Source of the DNA: the human T2T-CHM13v2.0 reference genome, Homo sapiens
Reading direction: 5' to 3' (one strand)
DNA: 64,000 nt
Assembly (NCBI RefSeq): GCF_009914755.1
Contig: NC_060946.1
Shown here: piece by piece, positions 14,571-33,100 of the stretch
Layout: the number at the start of each line of letters is the position of its first letter
How positions within the stretch are numbered: position 1 is the first letter of the stretch
Program-made: the position numbers and the translations under genes
Notes under the pieces: model-generated
Databases searched by the model: none
Seen by the model: the letters and a program-made list of their open reading frames with translations, nothing else
What the model was told of the DNA's origin: nothing

Positions 14571-15209
14571 TGCTGGCTGTTTGCTCCCGGAGCTCTGTGG
14601 GCACCCGGAAACTTGTAGGGAAGAGTGGAAGACTTGCATGGCGCCTTCGCTCTCCTTGCCAGTTTCCATACAGGCCACACTGTAGACTTCCCATGTTGCC
14701 GCACACGGGAATCCATCATCAGTCCATCACGCCGGGGAAGCATCTTCTCTCTGGGGTCTCGCTCTGGTCTGCTACATGGAAATGAACGAGAGCCACACGC
14801 CTGCGTGTGTGAGACTGTCCTGGCAATGTCGACACCCACAGGCACTGCCTCATTCATGGAGAGAGGGCCTGGAACACTCAAGACTCCCACAGAGGTTCAG
14901 TTCCACACTCCCGTCCACCCTCCCAGGCCGGGTTTTCCCTGCTGAAGACGCGTGGGAGCCAAGAGAGTGGCTTCCAGTTCCCGTGGGATTCCTGGAGAGG
15001 TCCAGAGAGCCAGCCCCCGAAATGCGCCCACCTCACCCCTTCCCCCTCGCCCCCTTCCTCTTCGTCTCTCTGGCCCCACCTCCACAATCACCACGCCCTC
15101 CCCCCCAACCCACCACACACCGGCCGCAGGCCTCGACGCACTGGGACCCTTCCGGGGTGGGGTGGGCTGTCCCTGGGCTTATGGCCATTCATGAAGGGGT
15201 GGAGCCTAA

Positions 15210-16622
<1,413 letters not shown>

Positions 16623-17323
16623 GACGCGGGGTTGGGAGGGGTCCGGTCGGGTCAGGGTGTTGGCCTCTCTTTCGTGGGGAACACCTGGCTGGCTATGGAG
16701 TGGCATGTCTTCCCCCCGCCCCCTCCACCGGGCTGACCGTCCTGGGATTCCTGCCTTCTAGGTCTAGGCCCGGTGAGACACTCCACAGAGCGGAAACCTG
16801 CCATTCTTTCCTGGGCATCCCTGGGATCCCAGAGACGGCCCAGGTACCAGCAGGTGGGCAGCCTGCTGCGCACGCGCAGGTTTGCGGGCAGCTGCCTGGG
16901 CTGTAGGAGCAGCCCGGGCAGAGCTCTCATGCCTTTCCACCACCCCACCTCCACCTGACCAACCCCTCCCCACCCTCACTCCCACCCCCGGAAAATGCGT
17001 CCAACCCTGGACTTGGTAGAGACCCAAGTCCCGCAAAACACCAAGCCCGCGCAGCGTCCAGGCCTGACACCTCTCTGGTGGCTCGCCTCCTCTGCGCCTT
17101 CCTGCCACCGTCGCCGGACCGCCTGTGCCCCTGCAGCCTTCCAGCAGCCACCATGGAGCACCTGGCGGCGGAACGCACAACTCTAGCTCACTTTGCCGGC
17201 TCCCTGGCTAGACCTGCTCTCATTGCGCACCACGGCTGACTTGCAAGGAGCCCGCTCGACTCTCTCTGCCATAGTCCGTCTGTGAAATTCCGGCTGAGGC
17301 TCTCCCAACACCTTCCGACACTC

Positions 17324-20300
17324 TATAGTCAAACCCTGGAGAATAGTTCCATCTCCTGGATGATCAGTTCAGAAATATGTGACAATGACCCCTCTCTGCG
17401 GAGCCTAAAGAAGATTTGCACCATTTGGGTGATCAGTGCAGAGATATATCACAATGTCCCCTGTACAAAAAGCCTGGAAATGATTTACATCACCTTGGTG
17501 ATCTGTGCATAGGTATGTCAGAAATCCCCAGTAGGCTGAACCTAGACAAGGGCTACATCACTTAGGTGATCAATGTAGAGATATGTGAAAATTCCCGTGT
17601 AGACAGAGCCTAGACAAGTGTTGCATCACCTAGTGATCAGTGCAGGGATAAGTCGTAAAGCCTCCTGTAGGCAGAGTGTAGAAAAGAGTTTCCTCCCTGG
17701 GGTGATCAGTGCAAAGTTATGTCACAAAGCCCCTGTAAGCAGAACCTTGACAAGGGATACATCACCTGTTTGATCAGTGGAAATGTATATCACAAAGTCC
17801 CCTGTTGGCAAAGCCCAGACAACTGTTACATCACCTGGGTGAGCAGTGGAGAGATCTGTCACAATGCCCCTGTAGGCAGAGCTTCGACAAGGCTTACATC
17901 ACTTGGGTGATCAGTGCAGAGATATGTCAAAACGCTTCTGTAGGCTGAACCTAGACAAGAGTTACATCACCTGGGTGATCAGTGCAGAGATATGTGAGAA
18001 TTCCCGTGTAGGCAGAGTCTAGACAAATGTTACATCAACTAGGTTATCACTGCAGGTATAAGACATAAAGGCTCCTGTAGGCAGAGCATAGACAAGAGTT
18101 CCCTCCCCAGGGTGATCAGTGCAGAGATGTGTCACAAAGCCCCTGTAGGCAGAGCCTAGACAAGAGATTTATCACTTGGTTGATCAGTTCAGAGATGTGT
18201 CACAATGTCCATGTAAGCAGAACAAAGACAAGAGTTCATCACCTCGGTGATGAGTGCAGAGATATAAACCAATGTCCCCTGTAGGCAGTGCCTAAAGAAG
18301 AGTTACATCACCTCAGAGATCAGTGCATAGATAAGTCAAAAAGCCTTCTGTAGGCAAAGCTGATACAAGGCTTACATCAACTAGGTGATCAGTGCAGTGA
18401 TATGTCACAAAAATCCCTGTAGACAGAGCCTAGACAAGAGTTACATCACCTGGTTGAACAGTGCAGATATTTGTCAAAATGCCCCCATAGACAGAGCCTA
18501 GACTAGACTTCCATCACCTGGGTGATCAGTGCAGAGATATGTCACAAATACCCCTCTAAGCAGAGTATAGAGAAGAGTCCCATCACCTGGGTGATCAGTG
18601 CAGAGATATTTCACAATGCCCCCTGTAGGCAGAGAGTGGACAAGAGTAACATAACCTAGGTGATCTGTGCAGAGCTATGTCAAAACACCCCTGTAGGCAG
18701 AGGCTAGATAAATGTTACATCACCTGGGTGATCAGTGCAGAGATATGTCACAATACCCCCTGAAGGTGGAGCCTAGACAAGAGTTACATCACCTGGGTGA
18801 TCAGTACAGAAATATGTCACAAAGACCCTGTAGGCCGAGCCTAGACAAGAGTTACATCTCCTGGGTAATAAGGGCAAAGATATATCACAAAGGCCCTGTA
18901 GACAAATCCCAGAAAATTGATACATCACCTGGGTGATCAGTGGAGATATCTGTTACAATTCCACTTTAGGCACAGCTTAGACAAGCGTTACATCACATGA
19001 GTGATCAGTGCAGAGATATGTAACTATGCCCCCATTAGCAGATCCAAGACAAGAGTCCATCACCTGGGTGATCAGTGCAGAAATATGCCACAATGCCGCC
19101 CATAGGCAGATATAGACAAGAGTTACATCACCTGCGTGATCACTGCAGAGATATGTCACAATGCTCCTTTAGGCAGAGCCTAAACAAGAGTCCCATCAAC
19201 TGGGTGATCAGTGCAGGTTTATGTCACAATGCTCCCTTTTGGCAGAGCCCAGACAAGGGTTACATCACCTGGGTGATCAGTGCAGAGATGTGTCACAAGA
19301 CTCCTGTAGCCAGAGCCTAGACAAGAGTTACATCAGCTGTGTGATCAGTGCAGTGACATGTCACAATGTCCCTGTAGCCATATCCTTGAGAAAAGTGACA
19401 TCACCTGGGTGATCAGTTCAGAGATATGTCACAATGTCTCCAGTAGGCAGAGCCTAGACAGGAGTTATATCTCCCGGGTGATCAGTGCAGAGATATGTCA
19501 CAATGGCCCTATAGGCAGATCCAAGACAAGAGTCCGTCACCTGGGTGATCAGTACAGAAATAAGGCAAAATGCCCCCTTAGGCAGAGCCTAGACAAAAGC
19601 TCCAGCACCTGGATGATCAGTGCAGAGTTATGTCACAAAGTCCTTTTAGGCAGATCCTAGACAAGTGTTACATCACTTGGATGATCAGTGCAGAAATAGG
19701 TCACAATGCCATTGAAGGCAGAGCCTAGACAAAGGTTTCATGACCTAGGTGATCAGTGCAGAGACACATCGCAATATCCCTGTAGGCAGAGCCTTGACAA
19801 GTGGTACATCACCTGGGTGAACATTGCAGGGATGTGTCACAAAGCACCCTGAAGGCAGATCCTACAAAAAATTACATCACCTGGGTGATCAGTGCAGAGA
19901 TATGTCACAATGCCACAGTAGGCAAAGCCTAGACAAGATTTACATGACCTAGGTGATCAGTACACAGATACATCGCAATGCCCTGTAGGCAGAGCTTTGA
20001 CAAGTGGTATATCACCTGGGTGATCATTGCAGGGATATGTCACAAAGCACCCTGTAGGCAGATCCAAGAGAAGAGTTATATCACCTGTGTGATCAGTGCA
20101 GAGATATCTCACTAGCCCCCTGTAGGCAGAGCCTAGACAAGAGTTATATCACCTGGGAGATCAGTGCAGTGATATGTCACAATGCCGTGTAGCCAGAGCC
20201 TAGACTAAAGTTACAGCACCTGGGAGATCATTGCAGAGATATGTCACAATGTCCCCAGTAGGCAGAGAACAGGCAAAAGTTGAATCACCTCGGGATCAGT

Positions 20301-23300
20301 GCAGAGATATGCCCCAATCCCCTGTGGGCACACCCTAGACAAGAGTTACATTACCTCGGTTAACAGTGCAGGGGTAAGTCAAGGTGCCCCTGTAGGCAGA
20401 GCCTACCCAAGTGTTACATCACTTAGGTGATCAGTGCAGAGATATGTCACAATACACCCTGTAAGCAGAGCCTAGACAAGAGTTACGTCACCTGTGTGAT
20501 CAGTGCAGAGATATGTCACAAGGCCCCTTTAAGCAGAGCCTAAACAATAGTTACATCACCTGAGTGATCAGTGCAGAGATGTGTCACAAAGCCCCTGTAG
20601 GCAGAGCCTAGATAAGAGTTTCATCACTTGGTCGATCAGTTCAGAGATGTGTCACAGTATCCATGTAGGAAGATCTAACACAAGAGTCCATGACCTGGGT
20701 GCTCAGTGCAGAGATATGTACCAATGGCACCTGTAGACAGTGCCTATACAAGATTTGCATCACCTCAGAGCTCAGTGCATAGATATGTCACAAAGCTATC
20801 TGTACGCAAAGCCCATACTAGGCTTACATCACCTAGGTGATCAGTGCAGTGATATGTCACAAAAATCCCTGTAGGCAGAACCTAGACAAGAGTTACATCA
20901 CGTGGGTGATCAGTGCAGATATTTGACACAATGCCCCCATAGACAGAGCCTAGACAAGTCTTCCATCACCTGGGTGATCACTGCAGGGATATGTCACAAA
21001 TCGCCCTCTAGGCAGAGTATAGAGAAGAGTCCCATCACCTGGGTGATCAGTGCAGAGATATTTCATAATGCCCCCTTTAGGCAGAGAGTGGACAAGAGTT
21101 ACATAACCTAGGTGATCTGTGCAGAGCTATGTCAAAACGCCCCTGTAGGCAGAGCCTAGATAAAGGTTACCTCACCTGGTTGATCAGTGAAGAGATACCT
21201 CACAATACCCCTGGTAGGTGGAGCCTAGACAAGAGTTACATCACCTGGGAGATGAGTGCAGAGATATGTCACAAAGCCCCTGTAGGTAGAGCCTAAACAA
21301 GAGTTACATCACCTGGGTGATCAGTGCAGAAATATGTCACAAAGCCTCTGTAGGCAGAGCCTAGACAAGAGTTACATCTCCTGTGTGATCAGTGCAAGGA
21401 TATTTCACAAAGCCCCCTGTAGACAAATCCGAGAAAATTGTTACATCACCTGGGTGATCAGTGGAGGTATCTGTCACAATTCCCCTTTAGGCGCAGATTA
21501 CACAAGCGTTACATCACATGAGTGATCAGTGCAGAGTTATGTCACTATGCCCCCATAGGCAGATCCAAGACAAGAGTCCATCACCTGGGTGATCAGTGCA
21601 TTAATAATCCACAATGCCGCCAGTAGGCAGGTACAGACAAAAATTACATCACCTGCTTGATCACTGCAGAGATATGTCACAATGCCCCTGTAGGCAGAGC
21701 CTAGACAAGAGTCCCATCACCTGGGTGATCAATGCAGAGTTACGTCACAATGCCCTCTTTTGGCAGAGCCTAGAAAAGGGTTACATCACCTGGGTGCTCA
21801 GTGCAGAGATGTATCACAAGCCCCCTGTAGCCACAGCCCAGACAAGAGATTCATCAGCTGTGTGATCAGTGCAGTGACATGTCACAATGTCCCTGTAGCC
21901 ATATCCTTGACAAAAGTGACATCACCTGGGTGATCAGTGCGGAGAAATGTCACAATGTCTCCAGTAGGCAGAGCCTAGACAAGAGTTACATCTCCTGGGT
22001 AATCAGGGCAGAGATATGTCACAATGCCCCCTGTAAGCAGATCCCAGACAAGAGTTGCATCACCTCGGTGATCAGTGCCGAGATAGGTCTCAATGCCCCC
22101 TTTCAGCGAAGCCTATACAAGAGTTACATCATCTCGGTGATCAGTGCAGTGATTTGTTAAAATGCCCTTGTAAGCAGAGGCTAGACAAGAGTTACATCAC
22201 CTGGGTGATCAGTGCAGAGATATCTCACAATAACCCCTGAAACCAGAGCCTAGACAAGACTTACATCACCTGGGTGATCAGTGCAGGGATATGTCATAAA
22301 TCCCACTGTAGGCAAAGCCCAGACAAGTTTTACATCACCTCTGTGATCAGTGCAGAGATATGTCCCAATGTCCCTCTAGGCAGAGCTTAGACAAGAGTCA
22401 TATCTCCTGGGTGATCAGTGCAGAGATAATTCACAATGTTCCCGAAGGCAGAGCCTAGACAAGAGTTACATAACCCGGGTGATCAGTTCAGAGTGATGTC
22501 ACAACGCCCTCTGTAGGCAGAGACTAGAAAAAAGTTACATCACCAGGATGATCAGTGCAGAGATATGTCAAAATTCCCCCTGTAGGCAGAGCATACAGAA
22601 GAGTTGCATCACCTGGGTGATCAGTGCAGGGATGTGTCACAATGTCTCCTTTTGGCAGAGCATAGAGAAGAGTTGCATCACCTGGGTGATCAGTGCAGAG
22701 ATATGTCACAATGTCCCATGTAGGCAAAGCCTAGACAATAGTTACAACACTTGGGTGATCGGTGGAGAGATCTCTCAGAATTCCACTGTAGGCAGAGCTC
22801 ATACAACAGTTCCATCACCTGGGTGATCAGTGCAGAGATATGTCACAATGCACCCATAGGCAGATCCAAGACAAGTGTCCGTCACCTAGTTGATCAGTGC
22901 AGAAATATGTCACAATGCCCCCTTAGACAGAGCCTAGACAAAAGCCCCATCACCTGGATGATCAGTGCAGATTTATGTCACAAAGTCCCTTTAGGCAGAT
23001 CCTAGACAAGAGTTACATCTCTTGGATGATCAGTGCTGAGATATGTCACAATGCCATGGTAGGCACAGCCTAGACAAGAGTTACATGACCTAGGTAATCA
23101 GTGCAGAGATACATCGCAATGTCCCTGTAGGCAGAGCCTTGACAAGTGTTACATCACCTGGGTGATCACTGCAGGGATACGTCACAAAGCACCTTGTAGG
23201 CAGATCCTAGAAAAGAGTTACATCACCTGGGTGATCAGTGCAGAGGTATGTCACAACCCCCTGTAGACAGAGCCTAGACAAGAATTATATCACCTGGGTG

Positions 23301-24408
23301 ATCAGTGCAGTGATATGTCACAGTGCCATTTAGCCAGAGCCTAGACTAAAGTTACAGCACCTGGGAGATCAGTGCAGAGATATATCACAAAGTCCCCAGT
23401 AGACAGAGACCAGGGAAGAGTTGGATCACCTCGGGATCAGTGCAGAGATATGTCTCAATCCCCCTGTGGGCACAGCCCAGACAAGAGTTACATCACCTCG
23501 GTTAACAGTGTAGAGATATGTCAAAATGCCCCTGTAGGCAGAGACTACACAATTGTTACATCACTTAGGTGATCAGTGCAGAGATATGTCACAATACCCC
23601 CTGTTAGCAGAGCCTAGACAAGAGTTACATCACCTGGGTGATCAGTGCAGAGCTATGTGACAAGGACCCTTTAAGCAGTGCATAGACAATACTTACATCA
23701 CCTGAGTAATCAGTGCAGAGATCTGTCACAATGCGCCTTTAGGCAGAGCTTAGATCAGACTTATATCACCTGGGTCATCAATGCAGAGATATGTCACAAT
23801 GCCCCCATAGGCAAATCCAAGACAAGAGTCCGTCACCTGGGTGATCAGTGCAGAAATATGTGACAATGCCCCCAGTAGGCAGAGCCTAGAGAAGAGTCCC
23901 ATCACCTGGGTGATCAGTGCTGTGATATTTCACAATGCCCCTGCAGGCAGAGCGTAAGCAAGTGTTACATCACCAAGATGATCAGTGCAGAGATATGTCA
24001 CAAGGCCCCCTATAGGCAGAGCTTGGACAAGAGTTACATCACCTCTTTGATCCATGCAGTGATATGTTATTATGCCCCCTAGGCAGAGCCTAGTCAAGCA
24101 TTACATCACTTGGGTGATCAGTGCAGAGATATGTCACAAAGCCCCCATACACAGAGCCTAGACAAGAGACCCATCACCTGGGTGATCAGTGCAGAAATAT
24201 GTCACAATGCCCCCATAGGCAGATCCAACACAAGATTTACATTACCTGTGTGATCAGTGTAGAGATATGTCACAATGCCCCCATAGGCAGAGCCTAGAAA
24301 AACGTCCCATCACCTGGGTGATCAGTGCAGAGTTATATCACAAAGCCCCTGTAGGCAGAGCCTAGACAAGTGTTACATCACTTTGTTGATCAGTTCAGAG
24401 ATGTGTCA
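17324..24408 (+). repeat. Beta satellite block 3, ~104 monomers
   Basis: Continuous 68/69-bp monomers. Confidence 0.97.
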
Positions 24409-25063
24409 TGCTGACTGTTTGCTCCCTGAGCTCTGCAAGCACCTGGAAGCATGCAGAGAACGGTAGAAGATCGTCATGGTGCCTTCGCTCTCCTTGCCAG
24501 TTTCCAAACTGGCCACACTGTAGACACCCCATATTGCCGCACACGGGAATCCATCATCAGGCCATCACGCCGGGGTGGCATCTTCTCTCTGGGGTCTCGC
24601 TCTGGTCTCCTACATGGAAATGAACGAGAGTCACAGGCCTGCGTGTGTGAGACTGTCCCGGCAACGGCCACACCCACAGGCACTGACTACTTCATGGAGA
24701 CAGGGCCTGGAACACTCAAGACTGCCACGGAGGTTCAGTTCCACACTCTCCTCCATCCTCCCAGGCCGGTTTCTCCCTGCTGAAGACGCGTGGGAGCCCA
24801 GAGAGCGGCTTCCAGTTCCCGCGGGATTCCTGGAGTGGTCCGGAGAGCCAGCCCTCGAAACGCGCCCGCCTCACAACTTCCCCCGCGCCCCCTTCCTCTT
24901 CGTCTCTCCGGCCCCACCACGACCATCACCACGCCCTCCCCTCCCACCCCACCACCCCCGGGCCGCAGGCCTCGACGCCCTGGGACCCATCCAGGGTAGG
25001 GCGGGCTGTCCCAGGGCTCACCGCCATTCATGAAGTCTTGGAGCCTGCCTTCCTGCGGGCCTT

Positions 25064-25068
25064 TATAA
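25064..25068 (+). promoter_or_regulatory. TATAA box, copy D
   Basis: ctTTATAAgagcc; GC-box-like ggggcggg at ~24998-25005. Confidence 0.6.
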
Positions 25069-25134
25069 GAGCCAATGGCTGGTTGTCCGGGCAGGCCTCC
25101 TGGCTGCACCTGCCACAATGCACAGGCCGGCTGA

Positions 25135-26468
<1,334 letters not shown>

Positions 26469-27169
26469 GACCCGGGGTTGGGACAGGGTAGGGTCGTGGC
26501 AGGGCGGTGGCCTTTATTTCAGGGGGAACACCTGGCTGGCTATGGAGGGGTTTGTCTTCCCCCAGCCCCCTACACCGGGCTGACCGGCCTAGGATTCCTG
26601 TCCACTAGGTCTAGGCCTGGTGAGAGGCTCCACACAGTGGAGAACTGCCATCCTTTCCTGGGCATCCCGGGGATCCCAGAGCCGGCCCAGGTACCAGCAT
26701 GTCGACTGCCTACTGCACACACGTGGGTTTGCAGGCAGCCGCCTGGGCTGTTGGAGCAGCACGGGCAGAGCTCTCATGCCTTTCCACCACCCCACTTCCG
26801 CCTGACCACCCCCCCACCCACACACCCCAACACCGGAAAATGCGTCCTCCCCTGGGCTGGGTGGAGACCCATGTCCCGCAAAACCCTGGGACCATGCAGC
26901 GTCCAGACCTGACACCCCTCCAGTAGCTCGCCTCCTCTGTGCCACTGCACCACCGTCGCCGGCCCGCCCGTGCCCCTGCAGCCTCCCAGCTGCCACCATG
27001 GAGCGCCTGTCGGTGGAACACAGACCTCTAGCTCACATTGCCAGTCTCCTGGCTAGACCTGCACTCATTGTGCACCCCGGCTGATGTGCAAGGGAGATAG
27101 CTGGCCTCTCTCTGCCCTTGTCCGTCCGTGAAATTCCGGCTGAGGCTCTCCCAACACCTTCCGACGCTC

Positions 27170-30100
27170 TTTAGTCAAAGCCTGGAGAATAGTTACATCT
27201 CCTGGATGATCAGTTCAGAAATATGTCACAATGCCCCCTCCCTGCGGAGCGTAGAGAAGATTTGCATCATTTGGGTGATCAGTGCAGAGATATATCACAA
27301 TGTCCCCTGTACAAAAATCCTGGAAATGATTTACATCACCTCGGTGATCAGTGCATAGGTATGTGAGAAATCCCCAGTAGGCTGACCCTAGACAAGGGTT
27401 ACATCACTTAGGTGATCAGTGTAGAGATATGTGAAAATTCCCGTGTAGACAGAGCCTAGACAAGTGTTACATCACCTAGTGATCAGTGCAGGGGTAATTC
27501 GTGAAGCCTCCTTTAGGCAGAGTGTAGACAAGTGTTTCCTCCCTGGAGTAATCAGTGCAGAGATATGTCACAAAGCCCGTGTAAGCAGAACATTGACAAG
27601 GCTGACGTCACCTGTTTGATCAGTGGAAATGTATATCACGAAGCCCCCTTTAGGCAAAGCCCAGACAAATGTTACATCGCCTGGGTGAGCAGTGGAGAGA
27701 TCTGTCACAATGCCCCTGTAGGCAGAGCTTAGACAAGGGTTACATCACCTGGATGATCAGTGCAGAGATATGTCAAAACGCTCCTGTAGGCTGAACCTAC
27801 ACAGGAGTTACATCACCCGGGTGATCAGTGCAGAGATATGTGAGAATTCCCGTGTAGGCAGATCCTAGACAAGTGTTACATCACCTAGGTTATCAGTGCA
27901 GGCATAAGTCATAAAGCCTCCTGTAGGCAAGGTGTAGACAATAGTTCCCTCCCCAGGGTGATCAGTGCAGAGATGTGTCACAAAGCCCCTGTAGCAGATC
28001 CTAGACAAGAGTTTCATCACTTGGTTGATCAGTTCAGAGATGTGTCACAATGTCCATATAGGCAGATCAAAAACAAGAGTCCATCACCTGGGTGATCAGT
28101 GCAGAGATATGTACCAAAGCACCTGTAGGCTGTGCCTAGACAAGAGTGGCATCACCTTAGAGATCATTGCATAGATATGTCACAAAGCCTTCTGTAGACA
28201 AAGTCCATACAAGGCTTACAACACCTAGGTGATCAGTGCAGTGATATGTCTAAAAATCCCTATAGACAGAGCCTAGAAAAGAGTTACAATACCTGGGTGA
28301 TCAGTACAGATATTTGACACAATGCCCCATAAACAGAGCCTAGACAAGACTTCCATAACCTGGGTGATCAGTGCAGAGATATGTCACAAATACCCCTCTA
28401 GGCAGAGTATAGAGAAGAGTCCCATCACCTGGGTGATCAGTGCAGAGATATTTCACAATGCCCCCTGCAGGCAGAGAGTGGACAAGAGTTACATAACCTA
28501 GGTGATCTGTGCAGAGCTGTGTCAAAACACCCCTGTAGGCAGAGCCTAGATAAATGTTACATCACCTGGGTGATCAGTGCAGAGATACGTCACAATACCC
28601 CCTGTAGGTGTAGCCTATACAAGAGTTACATCACCTGGGTGATCAGTGCAGTGATACGTCACAATACCCCCTGTAGGTGTAGCCTAGACAAGAATTACAT
28701 CACCTGGGTGATCAGTACAGAAATATGTCACAAAGCCTCTGTAAGCAGAGCCTAAGCAAGAGTTACATCACCTGGGTGATCAGTGCAGAAATATGTCACA
28801 AAGCCCCTGTAGGCCGAGCCTAGACAAGAGTTACATCTCCTGGGTGATCAGTGCAAAGATATGTCACAAAGCCCCCTGTAGACAAATCCCAGAAAATTGT
28901 TACATCACCTGGCTGACCAGTGGAGGTATCTGTCGCAATTCCCCTTTAGGCGCAGCTTAGACAAGCGTTACATCACATGAGTGATCAGTGCAGAGATATG
29001 TCACTATACCCCCATAGGCAGATCTAAGACAAGAGTCCATCATCTGGGTGATTAGTGCAGAAATATGCCACAATGCCACCAGTAGGCAGATATAGACAAC
29101 AGTTACATCACCTGCGTGATCACTGCAGAGATATGTCACAATGCCCCTGTAGGCAGAGCCTAGATGAGTGTCCCATCACCTGGGTGATCAGTTCTGAGTT
29201 ATGTCACAATGCCCCCTTTTGGTAGAGCCTAGACAAAGGTTACATCACCTGGGTGATCAGTGAAGAGAAGTGTCACAAGCCCCCTGTAGCCAGAGCGTAG
29301 ACAAGAGTTACATCAGCTGTGTGATCACTGCAGTGACATTTCACAATATACCTGTAGCCATATACTTGAGAAAAGTGACATCACCTGCGTGATCAATGAG
29401 GAGATATGTCACAAGGCCTCCAGTAGGCAGAGCCTATACAAGAGTTACATCACCTGGGTGATTAGGGCAGATATGTCACAATGCCCCCTGTAAGCATATC
29501 CCAGACAAGAGTTCCATCACCTCGGTGATCAGTTCAGAGATATGTCTCCATGCCCCCTGTCGGCAAGCCTTTACAAGAGTTACATCATCTCGGTCATCAG
29601 TGCAGTGATATGTTAAAATGTCCCTGTAGGCAGAGCCCAGAAAAGAGTTACATCACCTGGGTGATCAGTGCAGAGATATCTCAAAATACCCCCTGTAAGC
29701 AGAGCCTAGACAAGAGTTACATCACCTGGGTGATCAGTGCAGAGATATGTCATAAAGCCATTGTAGGCAGAGCCTAGAGAAGAGTTACATGACCTAGGTG
29801 ATCAGTGCAGAGATACATCGCAATGTCCCTGTAGGCAGAGCCTTGACAAGCGGTACATCATCTGGGTGATCATTGCAGTGATATGTCACAAAGCACCCTG
29901 TTGGCAGATCCTAGAAAAGAGTTACATCACCTGGGTGATGAGTGCAGACATATGTCAAAATGCCACTGTAGGCAGAGTCTAGACAAGAGTTACGTGACCT
30001 AGGTGATCAGCGAAGAGATACATCAAAATGCCCCTGTAGGCAGAGCCTTGACAAGTGGTACATCACCTGGGTGATCAGTGCAGGGATATGTCACAAGCCG

Positions 30101-33100
30101 CCTGTAGGCAGAGCTTAAACAAGAGTTATATCACCTGGGTGATCAGTGCAGTGATATGTCACAATGCCGTGTAGCCAGAGCCTAGACTAAAGTTACATCA
30201 CCTGGGAGATCAGTGCAGAGATAAGTCACAATGTCCCCAGTAGGCAGAGACCAGACAAGAGTTGGATCACCTCGGGATCAGTGCAGAGATATGTCTCAGT
30301 CCCCCTGTGGGCACAGACTAGACAAGAGTTGCATCACCTCGGTTAACAGTGCAGAGATATGTCAAAATGCCCCTGCAGGCAGAGCCTACAGACGTGTTAC
30401 ATCACTTTGGTGATCAGTGAAGAGATATATCAAAATACCCCTGTAAGCAGAGCCTAGACAAGGGTTACATCATCTGGGTGATCAGTGCAGAGATCTGTAA
30501 CAATGCCCTTTTAGGCAGAGCTTTGACCAGAGTTACATCACATGGGTGATCAGTGCAGAGATATGTCACAATGCCACCATAGGCAAATCCAGTTCAAGAG
30601 TCCGTCACCTGGGTGATAAGTGCAGACATGTGTGACAATGCCCCTAGTAAGCAGAGCCTAGAGAACGGTCCCATCACCTGGGTGATCAGTGCAGAGATAT
30701 TCCCCAATGCCCCTGCAGGCAGAGCCTACACAAGTGTTACATCCTTTAGGTGATCAGTGCAGAGATATGTCCCAATATCCCCTGTAAGCAGAGCCTAGAA
30801 AAGAGTAACATTGCCTGGGTGATCAATACAGAGATATGTGACAAGGCCCCTTTAAGCAGAGCCTAGACAATTGTTACATCATCTGAGTGATCAGTGCAGA
30901 GAACTGTCACAATGTCCCTTTAGGCAGAGCTTAGACCAGACTTACATCAACAGGGTGACCAGTGCAGAGATATTTCACAATGCCCCCTGTAGGCAGAGAG
31001 TGGACAAGAGTTACATAACCTAGGTGATCTGTGCAGAGCTATCTCAAAACGCCCCTGTAGGCAGAGCCTAGATAAAAGTTACATCACCTGGGTGATCAGT
31101 GCAGAGATACCTCACAATACCCCCAGTAGGTGGAGCCTAGGCAACAGTTACATCACCTGGGTGATCAGTGCAGAAATATGTCACAAAGCCCCTGTAGGCC
31201 GAGCCTAGACAAGAGTTACATCTCCTGGGTGATCAGTGCAAATATATGTCACAACACCCCCTGTAGACAAATCCCAGAAAATTGTTACATCACCTGGGTG
31301 ATCAGTGGAAATATCTGTCACAATTCCCCTTTAGGCGCAACATAGACAATCGTTACATCACATGAATGATCAGTGCAGAGGTATGTCACTATGGCCCCAT
31401 AGGCAGATCCAAGACAAGAGTCCATCACCTGGGTGATCGGTGCAGAAATATGCCACAATGCCTCCAGTAGGCAGATATAGACAAGAGTTACATCACCTGC
31501 GTGATCACTGCAGAGATATGTCACAATGCCCCTGTCGGCAGAGCCTAGAGAAGTGTCCCATCACCTGGGTGATCAGTGCAGAGTTATGTCACAATGCCCC
31601 CTTTTTGCAGAGCCTAGACAAGGGTTACATCACCTGGGTGATCAGTGCAGATATGTGTCACAAGCCCCCTGTAGCCAGAGCCTAGACAAGGGTTACATCA
31701 GCTGTGTGATCAGGGCAGTGACATGTCAAAATGTCCCTGTAGCCATATCCTTGAGAAAAGTGACATAACCTGGGTGATCAGTGCACAGATATGAACGAAT
31801 GTTCCCTGTAGGCAGTGCCTAGACAAGAGTTGCATCACCTCAGAAATCAGTGCATAGGTATGTCACAAAGCCTTCTGTAGGCAACGCCCATACAAGGTTT
31901 ACATCACCAAGGTGATCAGCGCAGTGATATGTCACAAAAATCCCTGTAGACAGAGCCTAGACAAGAGTTACATCACCTGGGTGATCAGAGCAGATATTTG
32001 ACACAATGCCCCCATAGACAGAGCCTAGACAAGACTTCCATCACCTGGGTGATCAGTGCAGAGATATGTCACAAATCCCCCTCTAGGTAGAGTATAGAGA
32101 AGAGTCCCATCACCTGGGTGATCAGTGCAGAGATATTTCACAATGCCCCCTGTAGGCAGAGAGGGGAAAAGAGTTACATAACCTGGGTGATCTGTGCAGA
32201 GCTATGTCAAAATGCCCCAGTAGGCAGAGCCTGGATAAATGTTACATCACCTGGGTGATCAGTGCAGAGAGACGTCACAATACCCCTTGTAGGTGGAGCC
32301 TAGACAATAGTTACATCACCTGGGTGATCAGCGCAGAGATATATCACAAAGCCCCTGTAGGCAGAGCCTAAACAAGAGTTACCTCACCTGGGTGATTAGT
32401 GCAGAAATATGACACAAAGCCCTGTAGGCCGAGCCTAGACAATAGTTACATCTCCTGGGTGATCAGTGCAAAGATATGTCATAAAGCCCCCTGTGGACAA
32501 ATCCCAGAAAATTGTTACATCACCTGGGTGATCACTGGAGATATCTGTCACAATTCCCATATAGGCGCAGCTTATACAAGTGTTATATCACATGAGTGAT
32601 CAGTGCAGAGATATGTCACTATGTCCCATAGGCAGATCCAAGACAAGAGGCCATCACCTGGGTGATCAGTGCAGAAATATGCCACAATGCCGCCAGTAGG
32701 CAGATACAGACAAGTGTTACATCACCTGCGTGATCACTGCAGAGATGTGTCAAAATGCCCATGTAGGCAGAGCCTAGAAAAGAGTCCCATCAACTGGGTG
32801 ATCAGTGCAGAGTTATGTCACAATGCTCCATTTTGGCAGAGCCTAGACAATGTTTACATCACCTGGGTGATCAGTGCAGAGATGTGTCACAAATCCCATG
32901 TATCCAGAGCATAGACAATAGTTACATCAGCTGTTTGATCAGTGCAATGACATGTCACAATGTTCGTGTAGCCATATCCTTGAGAAAAGTGACATCACCT
33001 GGGTGATCAGTGTGGAGATATGTCACAATGTCTTCAGTAGGCAGAGCCTAGACAAGAGTTACATCACCTGGGTGATCAGGGCAGAGATATGTCACAATGC